DNA of 64,000 nt from Octopus sinensis (GCF_006345805.1 NW_021835988.1:1-64000), one strand, 5' to 3'; numbered from the stretch's first letter, positions 38,561 through 52,949 are shown. The notes: generated by a model from the letters alone, not told the origin. Program-made: numbers and translations.

Positions 38561-39450
38561 GGCAACTTTGATATCCTTTTTGAGGTATCTATAACCAGGA
38601 TATCATCAGCGTAGATGACAAGCTTGCCAGTACGTACAGACGGCAGGAGAATGTCCGACAAGATGAAATTGAAAAAAAAGTGGACTCAAGACAGATCCCT
38701 GCGGAACAAATATTAGTACTTAGTAGTCTATCGCCGACACAGTTTTGTCGTCAAACATCATCTCATTGGTCGGACATTATCATTTAACACGCAGAAAAAC
38801 AAGACAAAACGTTCGTTAATCAGCAAATACCAAATCTTTTCACTTATATAAATTTATTCACTACTAAAAAAGCATTTTTTTAAATTATCTGATTATCTCT
38901 AAGAACTGTCATTAAAAGAGTAAAAAATTTCATCTCTCTTTTCAAAAAAAGTTTTTGAAACTTTTGAATATTTTTCAATCCCATTTGACAAATTCAGCAT
39001 GCATAAAAGAGAGAAACTTCTCAACTTGCTGTATTTTGTTAACAGTTTGTCAGAACAGTTTGTCAGAATTATTCTAATGACGGGTACAGTGCCTGGAATT
39101 AACGTTTTAAGGCATTTAATGAAAACCTAATAAAATCTAATTTCACATTTTAAAAAATTGTTGAAATTAAGACAGAAGGTCTTCGGCTCCTTCAATTGAA
39201 GGAAACCGGTGGCTAACAAAAACGAAATTGTCAATGTCGGACGCTCCCAAAGATCTCCGATCGCGATCCGGTGTTTCGAGGAAGCAGAAAATGGGCCTGG
39301 ACACGAGAAAAGGTCACTGAGAGAGTGGGAATGCGTGGATTCGGCAAGGCCTATTCTTCGACGATAATTGCTTAGCCCAATATGATGATCGTCATGTGAT
39401 TCGCCTTTTCGTGGAGACGATTTGGTTGGTAGTGGCTACGTTCCCTGACT
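38560..39450 (-). mobile_element. LINE RT remnant
   Basis: VPQGSVLSPLFFN..LVIYADDIL. Confidence 0.7.
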
Positions 39451-40326
39451 TTGTCCTATCATTAAAATCGTTTTAATTAAAATACGTTTTTTTATTAATA
39501 ATTGATTAATTAATCTTAATTTTAAATAGAAAATATACTAAATTAATCCATGTGTAAGCTGGGTGTTTTTTCACTATGTAGTCGTCTTTTATATTTAATT
39601 TGGATTCAAAGGGAATAATTCATGATGTAGTTCCTTTTAATGATTAAGTTAACCGAAATTGCATCCTTTTTGTGATATTGTCCGATTTTATTTTCTTGAT
39701 CTGCTTTATTTTACATACCTTAAAATTTACTATTATTTTCTTTGTAATTTTTATCTTTTTTAGCCTTATTTTTGTTATATTGCATTTTTATTCATTTTTC
39801 AAAACTAAAATTTATGTCTCTCAAAATGAGGAACCCGTTGGAAACAACTTAATTAGATTAATGAAATTTTTGTTATCGTTTAGTTGATAGTTTTGGTTTG
39901 CAACTTCTCTGGTGGACTGGGAGTAACGTTAAGTAAAATTATCAAAACGTTGGTGGAATTACACATGACAGCCACCGATTAGAATAACCTGTTGACTTGT
40001 TTAGAGACGGTAAAGAAAGAAATTGAACAAATGGCAAAAGACGTCGAAGATTTTTTTTCTATTGTCTATTTAATCCGATTGAGTTGGTTTTTCTTGTCTT
40101 TTGAGTTTTATTTTCATTAGCGTGTGGCTGAAAAGACTATGAAGCTCGTGATGTCCCATCCGGTTCCAATTAGTACTAGGAATCCGCGTGTGACGAGATG
40201 TCTATGTTGTCTTAGCATTGCGATTATATATTTTTTAGTCCACTAACAAATAACTATTAACATTTTTACTTAAAGCTAAAACATATGTCAAATCTCATGA
40301 GAAGCATGTTAAAAAGTTATTAGTAA

Positions 40327-43300
40327 TTAATTAATCATCTTCTCCACAGTGGCACCCTATAGGATGGTGAGAGGTGGGAATACAGGCACTGCGTATATAA
40401 TCAGTAAAATGAAAGTGACGATTAATATGATGGCAATGGCTGTTATAATATGCCATTTGTAGTTTCTCCATATCAGCGGTTCTCAAATGCGGCCCCCGGG
40501 GCCGCATGCGGTCCACAGGATTTTTTTTGCGGCCCCTCTAGAGTAACTAACTTTTTTAATTTTTTAATAATGTTTAAAATTAATTATTCATTCTTAAATT
40601 TAAACATATCCATAATTGGTGATTTCATTAATCAATTTGAAGCACGTTTTGGGGTACATTTATATAAATTTAATTTTTAGAATTTTAAAGAATTCCTTCC
40701 TTTAATAAAAATATACGCAACTCCATTCAGCGTGGAAATTAAGGATGCGCCTGCAAAGTTTCAACTCGACCTCATTAATTTACTACATGATATAGAACTG
40801 GCGGCATTGTTCAAAAAAGCGTCCATTATTAATTTTTACAAATTAATTCCTCAAGTCAAATTCAAAAATATAACACACAATGCATATATGAATATATCAA
40901 TGTTTGGATGTACATATTTATGCGAATCAATATTTAGTAAAATGATTCGCATAAAAAATAAATATCGTAAGAAACTCACGGATAATCACTTGAGTCAGCT
41001 TTTATGAACTTCTTCGACTTTACTTATTCCGGATTTCAAAAACTTGATAAACAAATAATACTTTCTTTTAGTTACAACGCCTTTTTAAGATTTTTTAGTT
41101 TGTATTTCTTTATAAAGGAAATTGAAATTAAAAAAAGAAATAAAAGAGTCCAAAAACTCATTACGCATCAGCAGTGGCTGCACTTCGAATTGCAAGCGAG
41201 TTACCGGCTTGGAAAATATAAAAATATATAAAATATTTTTTGTGCGGCCCGCGAAACTAATCTTAATTATCGATTTGGCCCTTGAGCTAAAAAGGTTGAG
41301 AACCCCTGCTGCATATTATATATCGGAACGATTTAAAAGGCGACGAAAACCAAAGAAACGACGTGGCAGGGCGGCTAATAATTTTAATATTTCTATTCAC
41401 TTTGGCTCAGGCAGGCGTGGGTTCTTATTTGGATCACTTCTTCCAAGTCCTGCTGGCCTCTCACGAGCTTCTTCTTCTGTCAGCAACTCCATTTCAATTT
41501 TCCCCTGCGTAAAATGAGTTTAAATCTAACAGCCAAAATCGGCTTCTCTTCTTTCAAGTTGTAGCAGGGCCAGAATCCTCTAATTCTTTTCTGTTCAAAC
41601 AAAGATTGAAACGTTGACGGATCATCAAAACATCGGAGATCACATTTTTTACTAGAGGACGCGGGGTTAGGCAATCCCCTCAATGGTATTTCAGTCATTC
41701 CGATAAAGTCGTCTGAGGAAAATTTGTCGTTATCCCATATTTGGAGGAATAGGCGAGGCTTTAGACGTCGTTCTGTCGTATTTAGACTCCAATAGTGTTC
41801 TTTTTTTAATCACCATTTCTCCCTCTGCTTCAAAGTAATCAAATTGGAATATCAGTCTCCAATTGAAGTTTTCTTATTTATTTATTTATTGAACCAGAAA
41901 ATCACCGTCATAGCCAAAAGAAAGAAGAATTCAGGTGATCCCAGCCTCCCTCAGCAGATTGCGCAGCCTCTCCCGATGTTCCGCCGATTGAAGTTTCCTT
42001 CGCCGTCTAACGATCTGTAATGAATATCTGTCTTCTGCACCAAGTCTATTCCATCGATCCACGCCTTGACGTAAATGTCAGACATCATTTCGCGCCCAAT
42101 TAATGGCTGGTCATCTAAAACCACGTCCTTCGTGTTCCACACGATCACTCTCAGTTCATATCTGTGGGAAAGGAGGTTGAGGTGAGAAACCTGACAGGTT
42201 TTCGGATTGAAATGTCAATTGGTGGACCGGGAGGACCCAAACAAAGAGGAAACATGTCGACCCAGAGCATCAATTTCCCCTTTTTAGTTTTATTAATTTT
42301 TGACAACTTTTTCAATTTCTGGCTGAATATCGTTGTACAATGGACGAGTTTCGACGTGTTCTTTCACTAAAGGCATTGCATTTAAGATATGCAAGGCCAG
42401 TCTCTCAGAGGCCTCTCCAAAGTAATCATTTATAGTTCCCGGAGTTTCTGGCAAAGTTATCAACATAAATCACCAAAGTCTTCCAAAAAGAAACATCTCT
42501 CTCCGATTTTTAAAGATTTTTCGAAATAAATCGGTTTCTCCAGGTTGTTTTGACTGCAAAATGATTCCAGGATTTGCTTGGGCTTGACAGAATCTCTCCA
42601 TACGTTAGGACCATCCCTGTCAACATATTTACTCGCTATATCACGTATAGTAGTTTTTTGGAAGACCACAGGTAGCTCGATGTTTCGTCAAAAGTCTATC
42701 TTCAAGGTCTATAACTGTCTTTCCGATCAAAGTAGTCCATCACAGAAATGACAAGGTTTTTTTCCTCCGGAATTTGCACCTTTAATTCGAACATTCTATA
42801 ATGTTCTAGAACTTTCATACCTCCCAAACCAAGAATTTAGGCTGGCGGGCACGTACTCCTCTCGATTATCTATTTTTTGAGATCCAATTTTTATTTTTAA
42901 ATATGGATCAGACTGAAATATTCAAATCAATGCAAACAAGTCCGGATTTGTCCATTGGTCTGAGATCCACTGCTTTGAGGACATAGACACGGATTATACA
43001 CTTTTCTTCTGCTAAAAATGGAATTTTCGGAACATTCTGACATGGAACGGCTCCTGCCTCAAGAGGATGAATGCGGAAACACCCCTAACAAGTATATTCA
43101 CACAATAACTTTGAATTGTCCGACACATTCCGTTTCTTCGTTGTCTGTCTTTCCTCGATAAAGATTAAAAGTATCACAAAAATCGTGAAATTTTTGAAAT
43201 TTGTCTGCGTCTTCTAGCGGCGTGTCATAAATCTAATAGTAAAACATTTTATATCAACTTTTATAGTGTCAAATCCTTTTTTAAGATAATTTCCGCATTT

Positions 43301-46300
43301 CCCTGGTTCCCCCGTCGAAGCGTAGTACTTTGACCACCAATCTATTTGAATCTCCATTTTTTCAGTGTCTGTAATCCTATCACTGCATAAAAGTCACCTG
43401 CATTACAGACGAATCTTGAATCGATGTCTTTGCTTTTGTTTTCTACTTTTATGGCCATCAAATAACCAATAAAGCTAAATTCGGGTCATCTTCACACCGC
43501 GACTTTTGAGTCTGATCATAATTCTCCGAATAACTTCCGCGCTTTGCTTTGGGGATAAGGTCAAGGAAAGTTGAAGAGATCTCCGATGCAGACTTGCGGT
43601 ATTTTTCCAAATTGGATATTGAGCACATGGCCACCACGGGAGTCCACCCGAACTCTCGATTATCTTTAATGCGGACATTAATTGGGGGACAGAAAGCTGG
43701 ATTCCGAGGAAGAATCTATAGACATGTGTCAAATAACCCAACAGTTTCAATATTTAAAAATGATTCTGAAAAATTTGATTTTTTATTAAAGTGACGGATT
43801 TTCCCAGTCTCCGTGTAGACTCCGTCAATTTCTACCTGAACCGACGGGCGTTTAACACTTAGTAACTGAAATGCTTTCATGTCGCGGAGTCCCAGCGCAA
43901 AAACCTATACTTTGAGTGAAAGATGTGACTTCAATGTTGCATTTCTCCATAACAGGACGAATATCCATGGGAATGGAATAAGTAGCATCACTTTTTTGCG
44001 GCGGGAATGGGTATGTCTTTCGTTGAAGATTCTATTCCAGTTTGAATTTCAAAAATCATACAATAAGTTCGAATGCAGCCAGAATTTCTCCGTATTGTTT
44101 ACCTCCGCGATACACGGGGTACCACTGGAGTTGCGGGGAATGTTGTGGTGTCGGTATTCTCGTGAAAGGCTTAATTGAGGAACATTGTCCTATAAACTCG
44201 TCCATTCCCCTAGTTGGCAAGGTTATGACTAACTATTTTGTCTTTATCAAATATTTCCACGTTGATTTCGACCAAATTCTCTTTGAGAGAATCGACACTT
44301 TCGTATAATAGCATTTCTTTGAAAATTAATGTCTGATCCCATTTTGGGGACGTAGTTTCTTTAATTGTCTTGGTTTTTTGGCTCTGGTTGTTACAAACAA
44401 CATATAAATAGCAGTCTCGAACATAATATTACTTATTACCTAATAATCCGTTTTTATCCAATCCCACGAGATTTCTACCTTGGAATATATTTATGACAGG
44501 CTTTAACATGAAAGGTCATTGACGGAGAAACGAGATCACATGTCTTGTCATCGTTCTAAAAATACACTAAACTGTGTTACTTACGGAATTATTGAATAAA
44601 AATGTGCACGGAATCAGCTCTCCGTCGCAAATAATTCTTCGAACCCACCGCCGACGTCTAACCAAGTCCATTTTTCGGTTTATTTTATGAAATTTGGTAG
44701 TAAAAAGTTGTGCGTACTCCCAACCATCAGTGGAAATTTCTTTTTCAATCTTTGTTTAAGTGATAAATAAAATACAGTCTCGTTATTGTTAAAAGTCCTC
44801 GTTCTTAATAAACGTCTTCTTCGACAGTTGTGATAGAGCTTTTCTATTTGAGAATAATTGGTCATTTCTCCATCAAACGTAGCATATTCCCAACCTAATT
44901 CATCTATAATTATAGCATGCCAAATTCGTCCACGGCTCTCTTTAAATCGACTTTCCAGTCGTCAGCCCATGACCATCCACTCTCTAACTGGACATCCATA
45001 GCTTTCATATCGCTTGACTAGATTATCATGTCGACAAAATACTGAGGTGGTAGGAACCCATTTCATTCCCCGAGAACGCGATTCACCCACTCCATTGCCA
45101 ACCATCTGGACATTTGAATGAATTTTTAGGAAGATTTATTTTTCCTGTTATATCTGAAAAATGCGGCCTTGTAAGTAAGAGTTCACTCCATTTCGAGGTT
45201 TCGTATAAATTTCGGTCAAGAATATTTGCATTTTCACTTTCCCCAATTGGAAAAATTGGCTGTCTGAATAAAATGTGTAAAATTCAAAAATACCTTAGAT
45301 CAGCTATGAGATCCTCGACATATTTGATAGCTTCGCTAGCCAACTCCCTGTGCTAGACATTTTGAATTATCATATTGCGAATAATTGCAACATACTTGTC
45401 CTATCAAGCTAAATCGCTCCAGGTATACTATTTTTAGTTTTTAGTTGGAAATTTGGTTCATAGACTTGATTCTGAACAGAATGTCCTCCCACTGGCACTC
45501 AATTCTCATTGCGGGTTTTTCCGATCCAAATGGAATATAATTGTAGTAATTTCCGTCATAATATTCCTGCAGAGGCAGAGTTGCTGAAGACGTCGGAATA
45601 GACTTACTCTCAAGTACATTCCCGTAGATTCCTGTTATCCAGTCATTATGAAGTTTAAACCAATGCTTAGTTCGAATGTGATCATTCCATCAAGTTCCTT
45701 CAGCATTCCTGCGTTTTGAATCATCCCAAGAAGAACAAAAGAGCGTCTGTTCTTGTATTTCTTAAAATGACGAAATTAAGTTACATAAATGTTAAGTTTG
45801 TATGAATTGTCGGCAGGACTAATTGGTGGGAGAGTTGGGTCACTTGGAATGGTTTTCAAATCAACTAAAATCCTTCCTCGGTAACTGAATCCTTCCACAT
45901 TCCCCTTGTCGGCGTCCATAAACTTGTCAGAAAGGAGGGTAAATTCTCGATGAGATCCATAAATATTAAGATAAGCAGGCCCGAATGTCGGCATAAAGCC
46001 TAGCACTCATTCACTGTATATCACCGTTTTCTCCTGAAAGAGAAATATCCGAAATGGACATTGTGGTCGTCCCCACCAAATCATTTCCGTTTAATTTGTC
46101 CCTGAAATTTAAGGTCACGGCAATGCTACCAATCCATTACGGTCAATTTAACGGTCTCACACAACGTCGGAAACTGAAAATGTGAAAAAATAATTTCCAC
46201 CATAAAATTGAACGCAAGTCGTTCCATGAATGAAGGATGATCTGTGTTGGGCAATATACTGGATTTAATCTTGTTATTAGCGATATTCACCCAACCGATT

Positions 46301-47830
46301 TCCCCGCAAATGAAGTAATTACGTAAGGGTCGATCAGATCTTTGTTGCTGTTTTTCGTAAATAGACTTTTCATTATAGACATGGCTCCAGGATCCACTAA
46401 ATATGTTGTTTAAAGAGAAAATAAAGCCATTTACGCGCATTGGCTAAAAATACTTTGTGGCAAATCTTCGGCTTCATATATTGTTAAGAGTAATGTCATT
46501 GGATGCAAGGATGCTCCCAGTGGTTTCAGCAGGTTTCTATTAAGTTAAATATTATATATACAATTCGACGTCAAAGTTTGTAGAATCTTGCGCAAAAACA
46601 GGCGGCTTGTCGTTCGCACCGACAACAGAAATGCATATTTTTGAAAACCCAGTTGAAGACATTCTTTTCTGGTTTGGCAAACTCAGAAAAAGCCATTTGT
46701 TAACAACAGCTCGTGAAGGGGAGTGGTAAACGTAGCCAAGGTCGCACTAAAAGTGAATTTAAACGAATAACGGAGAATGATCCGATTAGGCAGTCGCTAT
46801 GCAGTTTTTTTGAGTCGTAGACTTAAATTGAGTTTTAGATTTAGTCACGACATTAAAGTCAATGATTTCAGTCACAAGTTGTTTCGGTGATATTTTTAAA
46901 TTAAAATAAAACATTTCATTCCACTCCGGACAGTTGGTGCTCTTTTTAATTGTTGTTTTTTTATATTGCTTTTTCAACTTCAACCTGCAAATGAGTTTTA
47001 TGTTTTCTCCTTGCAATCGTCTCGCACTTACAATTTTCACTCGGATCTACTTTTAAGACAATTCGAGAACCTCAAAGTCCCTGGGATTTGTGTCGACAAC
47101 GACAGGCCTCGTTGATTGAATAGAAAGTGAATTCTTCGGAATTTCAATTTTATCCTCTAACAATGTTAGTTCAAATTACCCGTCGGTTCTATGGTGAGGG
47201 AGTCTCCTCTTCTACCGTATTTTGATCCATATCTACTTTGACAGTGAAGTCCACAAATGCAGACTAAAATTGAAAAGTCGAATATTTACGCTTGTTTTCG
47301 AAGTTTCCTTCAGAGATAGTTCGAGATGAAATGAATCAATTGATTTTTGGAAAACATTGTCGAGTTTTGCTTGTGCAGTTCCTAGCAATCTATTCACATG
47401 TTAAACTAAATTAACCTATTTTTTCCAATTTTTTCGTAATCCATGACAATCACGTCAATGACCTCGTCGAGGCCAAGAGGGAGCTCATCTATCGAAAATA
47501 CTAATTCCTAACATTTTTAATGAATTTTGACAAACTGAGTTATAAACTGGATTAATGTTCGACTTGATGACATTTGTACTTTTTTATGTTCTAATAAGTA
47601 ATGCTTGTCACAAAAAAAGCAGGGTGTTAGAAATAAAGGCACTTAAATGATTTTTTGTTCGCATTAGCAATTGAGCAAGCAACAACAGTTAACTCTTGGA
47701 ATACAATAAAGTTAGGACTAGATTTAAGTACCTCTGAATTTGAATTTAACATATGGATTACACAATCATTTTTGAGTGCCGAAATACTCGTTTCTCATTG
47801 ACTATCCATCAAACATGTAAGGCCATTCAA
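40327..47830 (-). CDS. Type-I ferlin (myoferlin/dysferlin-like; C2A-F, DysF, C-terminal TM); 5' end approximate; last coding region split by a hAT
   Basis: NPYVKFKFR; [17 protein letters not shown]; Dys[12 protein letters not shown] and GWEYA..RRRR; [36 protein letters not shown]; GKIEME; RPATSFLWF; [26 protein letters not shown]; many 25-30-nt introns. Confidence 0.93.
40474..41308 (+). mobile_element. 835-bp non-autonomous hAT (Charlie/Buster-type) inside the ferlin coding sequence
   Basis: TIRs CAGCGGTTCTCAA / CAGGGGTTCTCAA; 8-bp TSD ctccatat (40466-40473) and ctgcatat (41309-41316); internal hAT dimerisation fragment [24 protein letters not shown]. Confidence 0.92.
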
Positions 47831-48059
47831 AAATAGCATTTGATTGGAAAGAATTTTGGAAATACAACTACAAAACATTTTTATTACCAAAAAAATCTAT
47901 TCTTAAGGAAATTTTTGGGTTGAGAATAATCATTTAGTTTGTGGTTTCATATGATTAGTAATAAAATAGTTTTTACTGATTGAAAACAGTAAATCCACAT
48001 GGGTTTTGCACTAAGAATAGCGAAGAACCAATAATAAAAGTAAAATAATTATTTAGCTA

Positions 48060-48680
48060 TTTTCCCTTTGCTAACTATCTGGAATCCTCTCCCCGCATCG
48101 ACCTCAGTTTGTGTCTTGATTGACCTCATATTCATTGTTCGCCCAAATACTTTCCATATTTTGTTGTTGTGGACGGCCATTTCAGAAAACTGCAGAAATT
48201 TTGGATTCGCGTCAAGTCAACTGACCCGACTCCCCACATCCACGAATCCTTCCAGTCGAATTCCATTTGCAGGGATTTAAGCAACGTGAGTTTGCCCAGT
48301 TCTGCAAATATGAGGAAGCATTCCACAGCCGTCTCCTCCGTGTTCGTAGCCACATTTCAGCAGTCGATCACTTAAAGTCAATGGCCAATGTTAATTGTTT
48401 TGTCGATGCGGGGCGAGGATTCCAGATAGTTAGCACAGAGAAACTTGCCAGCAATGCTAAGTGCGTTGATGATAGCCTTCTGGGGAGAATGTTTGAGGGC
48501 GGATAAAAAGCAGTCCTCCAGTCGTGAGGAGGAGTACTTGTCGTGGTCGAGAATATTGTGGGCCATCAAGTATTGTCGACAGTCCTGAGTTTGGAACAGA
48601 TCAATAAAGTCTTGTAATTTGACAGCACACGGATTAAACATTCTGCACAATTATATCACAGCTTAAGATTTAAATGTTGG
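48060..48680 (-). CDS. Unidentified coding fragment(s)
   Basis: Two adjacent protein-like open frames (QDFIDLF..; ATNTEETAVECFLIFAELG..) in higher-GC sequence; family not recognised. Confidence 0.3.
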
Positions 48681-48739
48681 CAATTTTATTTAGACCAGTA
48701 ATATATTCAATAATGTATAATAAATAAATGTCATAGCGC

Positions 48740-49319
48740 CCGGGTTGTTGATACTGTCCGGGGTGATGAGAACGACTGATCACTTAAAAACACTAACAAA
48801 CAGTCGTTCTTGTTTCAATGGAAAATATCATAAATAGCTTTATCGACTCAAAATATTTCTCTCCGTCATAAATAAAATTGTGTTATAAAGAATAAAAATT
48901 TTCATTAAAAATAGAATGAAATTGAATTTTCAAAATTTGAATATACAGATTGAGGGAATAAACTTACAAATATTACAAAATGATGCAATTTCAGATAATT
49001 TAACTATTAAAAGAAACTACATCGCGAAATATCCCTTCTGAATCCAATTAAATAAAAAAATAAGGATCGACCAAATAATGGAATACAAAAACAAGGTATG
49101 TCAACCGCGTGTTTACACGTGCCATAATTTATTAGGTTTTCTATTAATAATTGGATAACCAAAAATTAAAATAATTTATTAATGAAAACAAACATTATTT
49201 TAATTAAAACACAATTCTACCTAGTAGCTTATAAACAGTGTAAATATTAGAGCGCATATCTCATAGTGTTTTTAAGTGATCAGTCGTTCTCATCACCCCG
49301 GACACTATTAACAGCCCGG
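48740..49319. mobile_element. MITE-like element with 56-bp TIRs
   Basis: 48740-48795 and 49264-49319 are inverted repeats (about 3 mismatches) around an AT-rich non-coding interior; no TSD seen. Confidence 0.75.
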
Positions 49320-49480
49320 CAATTAATGACCGCACGAGACACCCGGCCTGCCTCGAAGCGTGCCCAGGATTGGCGGCGGACAGAGCGAGATTTCCCAGCA
49401 AGAACGTGTCCAAACAGGTAGAATCCCAAATAAGGGATTTCCCCTGCTCGTATGGGAAGGTGGACATCCCGTCTTTAAAA
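49320..49480 (-). mobile_element. CRE fragment
   Basis: GMSTFPYEQGKSLIWDSTCLDTF..ANPG. Confidence 0.8.
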
Positions 49481-49559
49481 GATAAACCCCGTTATGGGGC
49501 ATTTAATATTTTATATATTTTTAAGCAATAATAAATTTGATTTTGTTAATCTCAATTTT

Positions 49560-51700
49560 CAGGCGGTATTTAATAAACTCGACATCTCCTTTTGCGGTTT
49601 TCCAAAGTACCTTTCGATTTGAGCAAATTAACAAGTTTCGAATTCAATTGATGATTTGGTGTTCCTTTAGGTAATTTTTCCAGCCTAAGTGTCCAGTAAT
49701 TTTATGATTGACCATCTTAGGTGATCGTCGAGGTTGTCAATATCCTCTCTGCTTCTCAAAGGCTGGAGCACGACAGTTCGAAAGGACTCTCGCATATAAG
49801 ATTCAAATAAGCTCCAGTCCATATTTACGCGATTTTAACCAATGAGTAAGTCTTCAATAACATTTACAGTTATTCGTATTTGCATTGTTTGGGGGATATG
49901 GTCAGAGCCAATGTCCTCTTCAAACTTGGTATATAACATAAGGGACTAATTGACGCCGAGCATGGAAAAATACCCAAACGATCATCCCGACCTCTGTCAG
50001 CATAATAATTCAGTTCTTTCGAAATAAAGACTGAAAAACCCAGACTACTGGATAAGTCTTATAGGAAAGCTCCATCCATGTTCGTTGTTTCACATCCATA
50101 GCTCACATTTCAAGATCTCCGGCTAGGATTGCCAAGGAATTTTCTTCAAAGAACGTCTCAATGACATTTAAATAATGCCTTAAAGACTTTAAGTACATTC
50201 CTCCAATGGTTAGCCAACCAGTAGTCGTATGCAATTTAAGCACAATAAGTTCAAAGAGAGTCTCCTCCACAACTTTGACGTTCCTCACCTTCAGGTCGCT
50301 CTGTAATAGACTGAGGTTCCTGTTCCCGCCACTGAGTTTGTTTTCCATGGTATATTAATAGACATGTAGCCTTTAAATTTTACTTTCATTCCTTTAGCTA
50401 AGTCTCATTAATGACCAAGATGTCAGACTTCTTTGAGGATAGAAGGAGCCTCAGTTCCGGTGATCGTTAGTACGATCAATCCTTCCGTCGTCGGCGACTA
50501 ACCTCCCGTGGGAGTGCCGCCAACTTGGCTAAAGGAAACGTATCATTGGTTGGCTTTTCAGACATTTCGAAGGCTTGCCCCTCTATCAAGTCCAGAGTTT
50601 CACTTTGGCTTCCTTCAGGTTGTCAAGGGGCCCGTTTTAAATTGCTTACTTTCTGTGGAACACAGATCGGATCTTTTTGAATGCCAAATTCGACAGTTAT
50701 CGCAATCCACTGTTTCGTAAGACTCAGCGTCCGTCTGTACATCAGCATTAGAGAAAAGTCCGTTTCTTAACAATTTCCTTCGAAATTTTTCCCCTCACAA
50801 GTTCCTCATTCGAAACTTTTATATTAGGTGCATTCCTTTTGGGAAATTGATTATTAGAGATGTCCTTAGAATCCTTCAAAGAGTTTTCAACTTTAACTTT
50901 CCAATTAAAAATTGTGCTCTAGTTGTCAGATGGTGTCACAGAGGTTCCCAAAGTAATTTCTGATTGTCGCATTACTCCGATTCTTCTCTCCAGTGACTGT
51001 TTAGCGACTGGGCAACTTCCCCAATTGGCTCTGTGCGTCGACAGGCCACAATTAATATAGAAAATACCCCCACATAGAAAGCGGCGCAGAGACTCCTTGC
51101 ATAAAGATGCAATATGACCAAAATTTTGACAGCGAAAACATCGCACTTAAGGTCGTTTAAACCATTCAACTCTTAGTGGAGTGAAACCAATTTTCAATCC
51201 CAGAGTTATCAGAGACTGTGTTTCGACTTTGTTTGTTACGATGAGTTTCCCGAGAGTTAGAGGCTCCCCATTCTTATAGAATCTTTCTAATACAAAGCCC
51301 TTGGAGATTACTCTCGACAAGAGCTTTTCGAAATCACAGTCTCGAGCCCAATATGGAATTTTTCGTATTATGTGTTCGGACTTGATAAGAGTAGCCATCT
51401 CAATCAAATGGCCACGCATTCCTAAAGGATGATTCTGGTTCCAATCGATCTGAAAAGATCGAAAGTCCTCTTCCTTTTTGAATAGTAGCTCATATGAGCT
51501 CATATTTCCATTGTTTTTACATTTAGGACATTTTATTGACCAAAGGATCAGGGTAAGCAAGTTAATTATAATCCCCCGTGATCCCCGATTCAAGCAAGGT
51601 AGATTTTTACACAAATTGATTGGCTTAATCAAAGGTACAAGAACCAAGCACGTGCTTGTGTATATTTTCTATAAACTAAATTAAAAAGTTTTTTAAGTCA
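49560..51700 (-). mobile_element. Degenerate Jockey/I-type LINE 5' part (ORF1 zinc knuckles plus APE)
   Basis: RCFRCQNFGHIASLC, CINCG..H; ILAGD; DIGSDHIP. Confidence 0.65.
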
Positions 51701-52949
51701 AAATGATATTTTCTTGGGTTATGGTAAATTTCATTTAATGGAACTCAAGACTTGTGTAGATTGAAAAGATCGCTAGGTGCTAAAGATTTATTTTAGTCTC
51801 CCTTGTTTTTAAAATAATCTTAAAAATAAAGACACTTATAATTTTCTCTTAGCCCCAATTATGAACTATTTCTATTTTAAATGTCAATGAAAATAGGTCA
51901 ATCAAATAATTTTATTGTCAGCTAGGTCATCATAATTTGAGTTTTTATTGATTTAATTCAAAGAAAAACCAAATTTTAATAAAAACCAGTCCCAAAATTA
52001 GTGACAGATATGGATTTTAACTTCAGGGGTTAAATGGAGGATAGTAGATCTCATCACATGGATAATTCACGAGTTTAAAATCACTGTCATAATAAAAATA
52101 GACTTGGTTAATGACATTCTGATGGTTGGTAACAACCTTCACAGTAACTCCATACGACTTAAAAATTGCTTCTTCAAAACAGATAAGCTAAATCTCAAAG
52201 ATTGCAATCAAACCAAATAACTTTTTTCTTTTGACGGAATAATTCCAGAATCAGAAAGTTTTCTAGAATGTATTAGACGATAACTTAACTTGTCTAAATT
52301 AATTTCCTTGCGCAAATCCAACGCTTTACTGAAATATTTCAGTTCTCCATCGAGAATTCCTTTAAAATGCCGTCCATGTTTATTCCATTCATGTTCCCTG
52401 AGTTTAATTTAACTCAATAATCACCAAAACATTTCATTCGGATGACTTTTTAGGTCGCTAGAAAAATATTTCTCTAGTTCTTTTTTTATTGGCTAAAAAT
52501 TGATTTATTGAAACAGTACATTTAATTTAACAATAGAAAATGGACATGTCCCTTCAGTACTGAGATTTTTAACGGACCAGAGACCGTGAATAGTCCACGT
52601 TGATGATCCCGTTTTTATGTAATCTTTATTCTTATTGATTATAACATATTAAGTAAACTTCAGCATAACCAGGCTGCCACTGTAAGGCATAGACATATGA
52701 TACAGAATCCATTCTAGATTAAAATTATGACAATTAATTTTTAGCGTCTATTTTTAATAATTTCTATAAACAAAACTAACAAGACCCAATTTATGTAACT
52801 AATGTATACGTTTGAATATTGCTATTTCGTTTTAGGTTATCCTAATGAATTTTTTAAATAAAATTTATCGTTAATTTTTAATAAAAACTTATTTTTATTC
52901 TAGATTTTAAAAAATTGACTAATTTTAGTCAATCGAGAAATATGAATTC

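Noticed and set aside
39820-40260. Qc-SNARE-like coiled coil plus C-terminal TM
   Set aside because: Contains stops and only generic similarity.
16282-47600. Programmed frameshifting or editing to explain 1-nt breaks (KPNB1 about 27250, ferlin about 47585, integrase, RTE about 30350)
   Set aside because: Nearly all lie in homopolymer runs and go in both directions, typical of unpolished long-read consensus error.
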